Below are positions 1 to 9,500 of a stretch of DNA of 64,000 nucleotides, piece after piece. The first letter of the stretch is position 1, and each line of letters starts with the position of its first letter. Under the pieces are notes generated by a model. That model was not told the origin of the DNA. It made no database searches and saw only the letters and a program-made list of their open reading frames with translations. The stretch is from Longimicrobiales bacterium. GTDB lineage: Bacteria > Gemmatimonadota > Gemmatimonadetes > Longimicrobiales > Gaopeijiaceae. The position numbers were made by a program, and so were the translations under genes. The DNA is taken from NCBI GenBank assembly GCA_965202805.1, contig OZ241869.1, forward strand, positions 3,200,001 through 3,264,000. Reading direction: 5' to 3'.

Positions 1-43
1 AGCCGAGCTTTCCTCGATCCCTCCGGGGACCAGTCCGATGGTG

Positions 44-721
44 CGAGGTGGTCCCGGTTTCTTGGACAGGTCGTTAAGGTGGATTCCAGAGCGGAACGGG
101 AGGCACCGAGATGGCCAGGAAGAGACGACGATTCACGCCCCGGTTCAAGGCACGGGTAGCGCTGGAGGCGTTGCGCGAGAGGGACAGCGTGCAGGCGATC
201 GCCAGACGGCATGAGCTTCATCCGAACCAGGTGAGCACTTGGAAGCGGCTGCTGCTGGAGGGCTTCCGGAGGTGTTCTCGGGGGGTGCGGGCCGCAAGGC
301 GGCCAGGGGAGCATGAGGCGAAGATCCGGGAGTTGCACGCCAAGATCGGGGAGTTGACGGTCGAGCGGGTTTTTCGGCGCGGCTCGAGCGAGACCCTGGA
401 CGACGCGCTGGGCTGGCGGAGATCCCGAACACGGATCAAGGCGCCCAGTTCACCAGCGGGGCCTTCGCGGACCGGGTGCTGGGTGCGGGCGTGGCGTTCT
501 CGATGGACGGCCGGGGCCGCTTTCACGACAACATCTTCATCGAGCGGCTGTGGCGGTCGCTGAAGTACGAGGCCGTGTATCTTCACGAACTCCGCAATGG
601 GCTGGACGCGGAACGGATCATCGGCTCGTGGATCGATTTCTACAACGAGGTGTGCCCGCAATCGTCCCTCGGCGGGCGAACGCCGGGCGACGCCTATCAG
701 GAAGGCGCGGAGGTGTCGTGA
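44..721 (+). mobile_element. Degenerate, internally deleted IS3-family insertion sequence
   Basis: OrfA N-terminus at 111 (MARKRRRFTPRFKARVALEAL...HPNQVSTWK) with frameshifts, joined almost directly to the integrase-core C-terminus (NTDQGAQFTS; MDGRGRFHDNIFIERLWRSLKYE). IS3-like left end gaggtggtcccggtttcttggacagg at ~45-70. No right inverted repeat seen. Confidence 0.85.
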
Positions 722-1005
722 CCACGATCCGGTGCGACGCCACGCATGGAGCCGAACCGATGCAAGGGACGCCCGCGCCCGCGGCCGCTTCGGCGGACAC
801 CGGTTCCCTCCGCCTTATGCTCCGATGTGGCTTTCCGCTCTCGCAGGATGACGGATATGCTTCGAGTGCCCCGGTCGCCTGCCCCGATCACCAGTCGCTC
901 TCGTCAGAATCGGAAATGCCAACTCGATCTACTCCTTCTCGCGCCGACCGTCGCGATCCCGAGTCGCCCCGGCGCCGCAAGGACGCAGCAGCCGTGCAGC
1001 CAGAC

Positions 1006-1572
1006 ATGACGCCTCTCCAAAGCGTGCCAAGACGAGTCTTCTTGGACACATGTGTGGTCAACTTCATGCTCGACCACGGCGAGCAGATCTACGACGGCGG
1101 CTCGATACCAGCTGACGCCAACCAGCGCGTAGCTCGAGACATCGAGGCCATGGCCGACATGATGCTCGCTGGCAAGCGGGCAATGTGGCAGTTCGCGATT
1201 TCTCCCCATACGTACCAAGAGATCGCAGCGACGCGCGATGGGGGGAGACGCCATCGGCTGGACTCTTGGTTCGAAGACCTATGGCTGTATTGGTTGGGCA
1301 TCATCCACGAGAACGACGACCTTCCAAGCTTCGTGGAAGCAGAGGACACCCGTGTTCGTCTGCTCGGGTCGGGAATCCTTGATGTCCTGTCCGACATGGC
1401 AGACCGAGTACTCGTTTGTGACGCCGTAGTGTACCGGTGTGACGTGTTCTGCACGCGGGACTGGGCAACGATTCTGAGGCATCGAGATCATCTGAGCGCG
1501 TTGCCACTGCGAATCGTCACACCGGTCGAATGGTGGTCGAGTATCCAACCGTACGCGCGGCTCTGGGTGTAG
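1006..1572 (+). CDS. PIN-domain-like protein (solo)
   Basis: N-terminal VFLDTCVV, then EI, DMADRVLVCDA and FCTRD match the PIN acidic-residue pattern. Start uncertain (ATG 916 or 1006). Confidence 0.65.
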   Translation: MTPLQSVPRRVFLDTCVVNFMLDHGEQIYDGGSIPADANQRVARDIEAMADMMLAGKRAMWQFAISPHTYQEIAATRDGGRRHRLDSWFEDLWLYWLGIIHENDDLPSFVEAEDTRVRLLGSGILDVLSDMADRVLVCDAVVYRCDVFCTRDWATILRHRDHLSALPLRIVTPVEWWSSIQPYARLWV

Positions 1573-1577
1573 AGCGC

Positions 1578-1753
1578 CTACAGCAACCCGAACGCTCTCA
1601 TGGCCTCGTCGCCAAGGTGGTTGATGGCCTTGACCGTGATCCGCCGCGACGCGGGTTTGTAGAACGGGCAAGAGACGTTCGTTTTACGTCGGCCATGCAT
1701 CCCCGTTGATCTCGTCTCCGGGCGTACCGGAGGGGTGTGACGAAACGTGCGAT
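1578..1753 (-). pseudogene. Fused relics: 5' end of a Dam-like methylase and 3' end of a type III Mod-like methylase
   Basis: 1753-1724 reads (I)ARFVTPLRY after a GAGGGG RBS, resembling the Dam-family (S/T)PLRYPGGK start. 1716-1578 reads DEINGDAWPT*...VSCPFYKPASRRITVKAINHLGDEAMRAF, resembling the ...IAVKVINH.GDEV.KVF C-terminus of Mod-like MTases. Confidence 0.6.
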
Positions 1754-1805
1754 CAGATCCCCTCACCATCCTGACCCCAGCGCATTCCGCCGGGGGAGGC
1801 CAAGC

Positions 1806-3224
1806 TCATTCATTCATTGCCTCCAAGAGTGGGAATATGTTTCCGAACAACTGACAGACATCCCCCGTGGTCACCGAGAATTTCGGGTTGTGAACCAGCT
1901 GGTTCATGGAGGTCACCGACAACAGACCTTCCGACCGCGCCAACTCGGTCAGCGCTCCGTGTAGCTGCTTGGTGCGTTCCTTGTCGGTCTTGTTCTTCGT
2001 CAAGTGCTTTGTGATGTCCCGGAGGACGTCCACTAGAGGTCGATCCCTGCCATTCTTCTTAGTGGAAGGCCCGCCCGTAGCCCCGTGTTGCCCGCAGTAC
2101 GCCTTCGCGGAAATCTCGAACATGCTACGGACCAGGAAACAGAAAGCTAGGGGGTTGTTCCTGAGGTTCAACGCACGTATCTCGTCTCGCAGGAGAACCA
2201 CCTTCTCACGATCCGGCCCCCGAGGCGTGAAGCTCTTGATGGTAGCCTTGACGGCTCTTGGGTCTCGCAAACTTGCGGCCGGTGCTTTCCCACCCTTCGT
2301 CTTCGCACCAGCTTTGGTCCCGGTCTTGCCAGCCCTTCCCTTCTTTCCGGATTTTCTCTTCGGATCTCCAGAGAGGGGCGGAATCCCGTAGCGTGCTGCG
2401 AAATCCTCGTCCGACTTTCGGATTTCCGTGAACGTCAGGAGCTTGAGGCCGATGTCTTTTGCGATGGCTTCAACGGCGTCTCGATGGGAGATCGATGGGT
2501 ACCGGTTTGCGAGGTCCCGTGCGGAGTCCGCCCCAAGGCGCCCAGCGATCCTCTTCATTGCCTCCGCGAGCACCGTTAGCGGATAGTCACCCGCCCACTC
2601 CTGGGCCTGTTGGGGTGTGCGGTTCTTGCCATCCGCCAGGTAGGCTTCGAGGAGATCGAGCGCCGGTTCGTTGGCGCCGCTCTTGTCGCGACTGTGTCTT
2701 GCACGTGCGACTGCGGTCCAGTTGTTGCGCCCCGCTTTCTGCCCTTTGCCGTGGGCGAGCGTGACGATACGGTCCACGGTGTCGCTTTCCGACGCTGGGT
2801 AGATGATGCAGGGAACCTCGTCAGTCGCAGCCCGCCAACCACTCGGTACAACGGCCAGCTTGCTCTCGATGTTTGCGGGAACTTCGAGGTGTGAACGATT
2901 CAAGAGTCCGTGTGCGATCTTCAGGGCCGCCACGCGACGGTTTCCTTCCTTGACCGTGAAGGTCGGTTTCCCGCCGGAACCCACGCCCTCGAGCACGAGA
3001 ATGTTCTCTATCGGGAGGTACTCGCTGTCCAAGAGGCTCTCCGTTAGCGCCCAAAACCAGTCGGGTCGGATGGACACCATCGCGTCCACCGCTTCCTCTT
3101 CGTTTGATTGCGGGACCGTTCGGAAGTTTCTGAGATCTAGCTGTAGCTGCTTGATCGGCAGGCTCGCGACACTAGGCATGAAGTCTCTGGGTTTCGGCAA
3201 GTGGCTGGAAGTGGAAGCAGACAT
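1806..3224 (-). CDS. ParB/Srx-like N-terminal domain protein with putative C-terminal HEPN-like domain
   Basis: LQLDLRNFR and VKEGNRRVAALK (ParB-like signature); Lys/Gly-rich linker; helical C-terminus with FLVRSMFE and MNQLVHNP (HEPN-like N-x3-H). Confidence 0.65.
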   Translation of the reverse strand: MSASTSSHLPKPRDFMPSVASLPIKQLQLDLRNFRTVPQSNEEEAVDAMVSIRPDWFWALTESLLDSEYLPIENILVLEGVGSGGKPTFTVKEGNRRVAALKIAHGLLNRSHLEVPANIESKLAVVPSGWRAATDEVPCIIYPASESDTVDRIVTLAHGKGQKAGRNNWTAVARARHSRDKSGANEPALDLLEAYLADGKNRTPQQAQEWAGDYPLTVLAEAMKRIAGRLGADSARDLANRYPSISHRDAVEAIAKDIGLKLLTFTEIRKSDEDFAARYGIPPLSGDPKRKSGKKGRAGKTGTKAGAKTKGGKAPAASLRDPRAVKATIKSFTPRGPDREKVVLLRDEIRALNLRNNPLAFCFLVRSMFEISAKAYCGQHGATGGPSTKKNGRDRPLVDVLRDITKHLTKNKTDKERTKQLHGALTELARSEGLLSVTSMNQLVHNPKFSVTTGDVCQLFGNIFPLLEAMNE

Positions 3225-3267
3225 GAGAGTCGGGCAGCGCCAAGATGAGAGCTTCGCTGCATCTCAG

Positions 3268-6200
3268 TCAATGGACCGCTTCGAGAACCCCCATCCAGAC
3301 GACCAGATTCACTTCCTCCTCTTCGATGGGATCGAGCGGCTCGGGCGGCTTCCACGGTTGTAGCCCGAGTTCGTTCACGACATCGGCGATTCTGTGCGTC
3401 AACTCTCCGGGGGCGACCCGGTCGGGCGCGAACACCTCCCGGAGCCGCCGTTCCTGACGGATGCCCCACGGCGCTTCGAGGGCGTCCGCAACCCGGTCTC
3501 GATCCTCGATGGAAAACCCGGAGGCCGGGTGCATGCGGACATGGTCGGCAGCGGCCCGGAAGAGCGGACGGATGCTGGGCTGGAGCGTGGCCGGATCGGT
3601 GGCCCGCATCCATTCCTCGTAGATGTCGCCGCGGGCGCGCTCCCAAGCACCGAAAGCTCCTTCCACGAACCCCTCCGGCAGCGCGCGCTCCGTGTGCTCC
3701 GTGCATGATAGGATTCCGAGGCAGGTCAGGGTGTCGCGCTCGATCTCCGCGTCTGCCTCCAAGGGCACAAACCGCATAAACACGCGGTCGAAGACGCGGG
3801 CGCAAAAGACGTGGCCCGTGCGGACTCCGCCCACGAATCCCGAGCCGACTCCCCACGCCAAGTCTCGGATCCGGTCCCCCCAGCGCTCGATCCCCTTTCG
3901 TAGCTCCTGCCGGTACTCCTCGCCGCTGTGCGCGTGCACACCCTCGCCTCCACGCTTGAAGAGCGACGAGTCGCCTCTTCGGAGCGCCTCGATCTGCTTC
4001 CGGTCGTCCGCGAAGACCTGTTGCGTCTGCTCCATGCCGGGTATCGGGGGCTGTTCGACTCCGATGGAGGCAGCGGCTTGGGCCAGCTTCCGGCGGATCC
4101 GCTCTTCGAGGGCCAGAAGGGCTTCGAGTTGGCGGTCGGGAAACACGCAGGTGAGGAACACTTGCTCGTGGGGACTCCCGATGCGGTCTATGCGCCCGTG
4201 CCGCTGCACGAGCCGCATCGGGTTCCAGGGCAGGTCGTAGTTGATGATCCGTCCGCATTGCTGGAGGTTCATCCCTTCGGCCAGCACATCGGTCGTCACG
4301 AGGATGTCGTACCTGTCCTCGGAACGCGACGGTGGGGCCTCCGTGGACTCGGGCGCGAAGCCGAACACCGCGTCGCTGCGGCTGGTCCCGTTGAACGAGT
4401 CGGTTCCCCTGACGACGGCGATGCGGCCACGGTAGCGGGCGAGCCGCCGATCCGTTGCCACCACCTCCCGCAAGCGCTCCGCGATCCACTCGACGGTGTC
4501 GCCGAAGTAGGAGAACACGAGCACCTTGCGGCGGTTGCGGATGTCGCGCTCCGAGATGCCCTTCCGCTCGGCTTCTCCCGCGATACGGGCGAGTTCGCCG
4601 GCGAGGAGCTTGAGCTTGGGGTCGTTCTCCGCCTTTATCGCGGATGCCCGAACCCGGAGGCGTTCGAGAAGCGCCCTGTCCGATCTCACGTCTTCAATGA
4701 GCCTTGCGGTGTCGAGGTCGTCCGCGACCGGCTCACCCTCCCGGAGAAGCTCCTCCCACGCCTCGTCGGAATCGGTCTCGCGAAGGGCCGCCAGCGAATC
4801 GGAGGACGGGATCACCCCGGCCTCGACCCCGCGCACGAAATGGTCGTGTGCGGCGACCATCCTGCTCACGGTCTGGACGAACGCCCGCGCCGACGACTCG
4901 AACCGCTTGAGCAGACCGGAGCGGATGAGCCCCACCAGCGCGGTCTCGCGGGCGTCCGGGGCCCCCTTCCGGCGGTAGCGGGTCGGCCAGTATCTGGCCA
5001 TCGTGAGTCTCGGCTCGCCCTCCCCTGAGTCCAGAACCTCCGCGAACTCGTCAAAGAAGCCGGGCAGCACCTCGTCCAGATCGTAGCTTCGCGAGCCGAC
5101 CACCGGGTCCGGGAACCGGATCGTGACCTCGGTCCCGTCCTTGAGTCGGAAGTTGTCGTTCGGGTAGAAGCGCTGAACGAAGTGCCGCGTTCGCCGCACC
5201 GTGGTCGCGTCGAGGATGTCGAACAGGGTGTCCGGGTTGAGCGTGAACGGGTCCTCCTTGTCGGCCTGCCGGAACCGTTCCTTGAGCGAGCGGATGCCTC
5301 GGTCGGCGAACACCGCGTCATGGCCGACGAAGTAGGTGAGGAGGTCGTAAAGATCCCAGAGCGAGTTGTTCACCGGCGTTGCGGTCAGAAGGACCACTTT
5401 CCGGGGCGGGTCTCCGCGCAGAAGTTGCCGGAGCGCGCGCGCACGCTTCGTGTCCGGGTTGCGAAAGGCGTGCGCCTCGTCGATCACGACGAGCGAGTAC
5501 TCGCCGATGCCGGAGCCCAAGGCGCTCCCATCCCCTTGGCCCAGTTGCCGGTCGCCCGCCAGCTGCTCGAACGACACCACTTCGATGCCGACCTGGTAGC
5601 GCCTTCTGAATTGCCTCCACATCCCGTCCCGGAGCTGGGCCGGTGCGATCAGGAGCGCCCTTTGGCGGTTGCGCTCGATGACTTCCGTGAAGATCTCGGC
5701 CGCGATGAAGCTCTTCCCGAGTCCTACGCTGTCGGCGACCAGAACGCCATTGTACTGGTCGAGGATCCGCTTGGCCCGGAACACACCGTCGGTCTGGAAG
5801 CGCGTGAGCCGGATCCGGCCCGAGTCCCCCGCCTCCTCTTCGAGTTCACCGCCGTAGCGCTCCCACAGGGCGCGCAGGTAGATCAGGTAGGGAGGGTGTT
5901 CGGCGAACTGTTCCCTGTAGATGGCGGCGAGATCGTAGGGACGGGCGTCGTTCCAAAGACGGTCGAACCACTCCTCTACCCTTTCGACGACGCCGGGCTG
6001 GTACTGGCCGAGGTTGAGTTCGAGGTTCGACGTGAGCCCGGCAAGCGTGAAGTTCGACGATCCGGCGAGGACGCCGTGCTTGCCGGAGAACAGGAATGCC
6101 TTGCCATGCAGGAAGCGGTGCTCGTAGCGGCGCACCTCGATCTTGCCCGAGTCGAGGAAATCTAGGAGTTCCCGCACCGAGGCCCGGCTCGGCTCGGAGA

Positions 6201-6537
6201 ACGGGAGCCGGTCGCGGTCCCGCCTGAGTTTGCGCTCCGCGCCGTCGAGTTCTTCGTCCGCCAGCCTCTTCTCGTATCGCTCGCCGCGCGGATCGCCGAG
6301 GCGGCGCTCCGGCAGCCGGGCGGCAGGCAGCGGCTCGGCACCGAGCAGGAGGCGCACGCCCGCGGCGCGACGGAGCACGTCGGCCAGCCGACCGAATCCC
6401 CCCGGATTGAAGTATCCCGTCGCGATGGACGCCGAAGGCGGCTCGCGCAGACTGCCGAGCAGGTGTTCGAGGCGCTGCCGGAGCGCCCGCTCCAGGGTAT
6501 TGCCGTCGAGGTTGTCGACGAACTCCGGGTGGCTCAT
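3268..6537 (-). CDS. PLD-nuclease domain + SNF2-family helicase
   Basis: LHGKAFLF...GSSNFT (PLD HxK motif), ADSVGLGKS (Walker A), IDEAH, TATP, QRHGRIDR; 1089 aa. Confidence 0.9.
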   Translation of the reverse strand: MSHPEFVDNLDGNTLERALRQRLEHLLGSLREPPSASIATGYFNPGGFGRLADVLRRAAGVRLLLGAEPLPAARLPERRLGDPRGERYEKRLADEELDGAERKLRRDRDRLPFSEPSRASVRELLDFLDSGKIEVRRYEHRFLHGKAFLFSGKHGVLAGSSNFTLAGLTSNLELNLGQYQPGVVERVEEWFDRLWNDARPYDLAAIYREQFAEHPPYLIYLRALWERYGGELEEEAGDSGRIRLTRFQTDGVFRAKRILDQYNGVLVADSVGLGKSFIAAEIFTEVIERNRQRALLIAPAQLRDGMWRQFRRRYQVGIEVVSFEQLAGDRQLGQGDGSALGSGIGEYSLVVIDEAHAFRNPDTKRARALRQLLRGDPPRKVVLLTATPVNNSLWDLYDLLTYFVGHDAVFADRGIRSLKERFRQADKEDPFTLNPDTLFDILDATTVRRTRHFVQRFYPNDNFRLKDGTEVTIRFPDPVVGSRSYDLDEVLPGFFDEFAEVLDSGEGEPRLTMARYWPTRYRRKGAPDARETALVGLIRSGLLKRFESSARAFVQTVSRMVAAHDHFVRGVEAGVIPSSDSLAALRETDSDEAWEELLREGEPVADDLDTARLIEDVRSDRALLERLRVRASAIKAENDPKLKLLAGELARIAGEAERKGISERDIRNRRKVLVFSYFGDTVEWIAERLREVVATDRRLARYRGRIAVVRGTDSFNGTSRSDAVFGFAPESTEAPPSRSEDRYDILVTTDVLAEGMNLQQCGRIINYDLPWNPMRLVQRHGRIDRIGSPHEQVFLTCVFPDRQLEALLALEERIRRKLAQAAASIGVEQPPIPGMEQTQQVFADDRKQIEALRRGDSSLFKRGGEGVHAHSGEEYRQELRKGIERWGDRIRDLAWGVGSGFVGGVRTGHVFCARVFDRVFMRFVPLEADAEIERDTLTCLGILSCTEHTERALPEGFVEGAFGAWERARGDIYEEWMRATDPATLQPSIRPLFRAAADHVRMHPASGFSIEDRDRVADALEAPWGIRQERRLREVFAPDRVAPGELTHRIADVVNELGLQPWKPPEPLDPIEEEEVNLVVWMGVLEAVH

Positions 6538-9500
6538 TGGTCACTCTGCCACGCTCGGAAGTGGTGCAGCGTGGCCCTCAGTCGCTCCTCGTGGTCCCAA
6601 CCCTCGTGGAACGTCTCGAAGATGTGGACGAGTTGCGGTTCGGTGAGGCCGTAGATGTGGGCCACCACGGCGTCGAGCTCGCGAACAAGGTCTTCCTTGT
6701 CTTCCGCCTTGAGGGGGCCGTACTCGACGCCGATCCGCCCGGCCCAGTCGGCGAACCGCTCGTCGAGTGCCGCGAGCCTCCCCGCGAGCGCGATGACACG
6801 ATTCCGGCGCCGATCTTGGGGGCTTGGTCGGGGGACCGGCAATGGATTCAGCACGTGATAGTCAACGTGCGTTTCCACGAAACGTCGGGCATACCAATCG
6901 AGTGGAATCGATGTCATGACGCCAAGTAGGTACGCCTCGTCCTTCTCGTCTCCTCGTGGCCAGAGGAAGTACGGTGCGACATCCGTGAGACATGTGTTGG
7001 GGGGAACAAGGGAAGTGCGAACGGTCCGCCTATCGGTCGCTCGTGCAATACGCCGGAAAGCGATCCGTGCGCGCAAGCAAGGCAGCGTCTCAGTGTCGCT
7101 TCTCCAAGCCCGATCGAACTCCGCGAACGCGGAGCGCTTGTTCGCCCGCATCCGCTTGCTTTGAAGGTGGCCGAGCATCCGAGCGGGATCTGCCCACGCG
7201 TAGTACGTCCCCGTGTCGGCTGTCCACAGGTCGAACGACGCCCCCTTGTAGACCGGCCAGAATCCCTCGGGACACTCGTTCGACTCGACGTCCATCACAT
7301 GCTTGTCGTTCGTGGCATCCAGTTCCCTATGTGGCCGCGCCCGCCAACCCACCCCATCGTTGAGGTCCAGACGCGGGCTCTTGCGCAACTGCGCGAACAC
7401 CTCCACCGATTCGTCCGACGGCAGAAGCGGGAGGGACGCCGTGTCGTTCCACGCCTCGACCTCGCGAGCGCGGAACGTCACCGGAGCACGCCGGACACCG
7501 GCCCGAAACCGCTTGAGGTTCGCATACGGCCCGCTCAGCCGAAGCTTGGACTCGCGGCTGTCCTTCGCGCGCGTAATGGCGGTCAGGCCGATGGTGTATT
7601 GCGGATGGACGTTCGGGAACACCCACTCGCGGTTGTTCACCAACATGGTCAGATCCAGCACCTCGGCGCTCGCCAGCAACTCCTTGCGGAATGCCGTGGA
7701 TCCCTTCGCCGCCAGCGCCGAGCGGGGCAGCACGACGCCGATCCGCCCGCCGTCCGGCGACACAAGGTCCCAGAACCTCCAGACGAATGCCTTGTAGAGA
7801 TCGGGGTCGCCCGTACCCATCCCCGGGAACCCTCCAGCCGTGAGAAGGTGGCGCATTGAAGCTGCGCCGTCCTTTTCCGCTTCGAGCCGGTCCGCCAGAT
7901 CCGGGCGCTGGGCCCGATACTGAACCTTCAGCGTCTCCTGCACCCTCTGCGGCCGCGACCGTAACCCCGGGAAGTGTCGCGCCCAGAAAGCGTCCTCTTC
8001 GACGCGGGGTTTTTCCCAAGGCGGATTGCCGAGGATCACGTCGAACCCGTTGCGTCGGCCAAGGAATACGTGTGGGAAAGCGAGCGCGAAGTGCAGTACG
8101 TCCAGTCCCTTGAGTTCCTCGTGTCCCATGTCCATCAACTGGGCTCGGAAGATGTCGCCCGGGTCGTCCAAAGCCGTGGCCACCCGTCCCTCAGCGATTG
8201 CTTCCCGGATGCTACTGTTCGTCCGCGAAGCCGTCAGGAGCGTGAAGAGTTCCTGCTCCGATTGTATAGCCCGCCGCATTCGAGCATAGAGTTCCCGCGC
8301 TTCCCGGATCTCGGCGTCGTTCGCGTCCGTGAGCCGGGCGAGCTTCCCAAGTGGCTCCTGAATGGCTCCGAGGCGCTCACTCGCCACCAGCGAGAAGAGG
8401 TTGCCGCTCTCGGCTTGGAACAGTTCGGACGCCTCCTCGAAGGACGTGATTCCCACGAGCGAGTTCCCTTGAATCAGGTTGTGGTCGAGCAGCGAGAGCG
8501 GAAGCCCCGGCACGAAGGTGTGGATCCAGAGAGACAGTCGCGCCAGTTCGACGGCCATCGGGTTCATGTCCACCCCGAAGATGCAGCGCCGGGCCACCTG
8601 CCTGCGAAGCAGTTGGATGTCCTCGATGGGGTCCCCGGACCAGTCCGGCCCAAGTTCCTCGGCCGCCGTGCGGCGGAGCCGCGCGAACTCCTCGCGCACA
8701 TCCGGCAGCGCACGTCCGGCCAGGTAGTTGGCGAGCCGCCGCTCGATCCGGTCCACCGCGCCGACCAGGAAGTGGCCGGAGCCCATCGCGATGTCGGCGA
8801 CGCGGAACTCAAAGAACCGCCGCCCCGCCTCTCGGTCTGGCATTCCATCGAGCCGCTCGATGTGCTCGTCGAGCGCCGGTTCGAGCGCGCGGTCGAGGAG
8901 GTGTTCCACGGCGAAGGCCGGGGTGTAGTAGGACCCGCTGGACTTCCGCGCTCCCGACTGGTTGTGGAGATATACTTCGCCCGCACGCACCATGACCGTG
9001 TCACCGTATCGGGCCGGGAGGTAGGTCTCCGTCTTGGCGTCCACCGTCAGGTCGGTCTCGGCGAGTGAAAGCTCGCTCTCCAGCAGACCCTCATAGATCG
9101 TTCCGAACTCGCGGATGCCGAGCGACCGGAAGTCCACCGGGCCTTCCGTTTCCTCCGCTGTCCGGTCGAGGAGCAACGCGGCGAGCGCCCGCGCGAACTC
9201 TCGGTCAGGGAGCGAGAGAGCTGCGATCCGTGCTCCAAGCTTCGAGACCGACGCTTGGGAGGCGAAGAGCGTGCCGTTGTACGCCGGCACTTCCCACTCC
9301 GGGTTCCCGAGGCTCACGGCCGTCCAAATCTGCGTGACCTCCGCCCAGAAGAAAGGCTGTTCGCCGAACTCGATATCCTTGCGCCGGGCCTCGCCAAGGC
9401 GCTGGGCGATGCGCTTGAGTGAGTGCTCGCGGTAGCTCCGCGAGGCGTGCAGGGGCAGCAAGCCACGGTCCTCCGCATAGGCGACGAACAGAAGCCTGTA

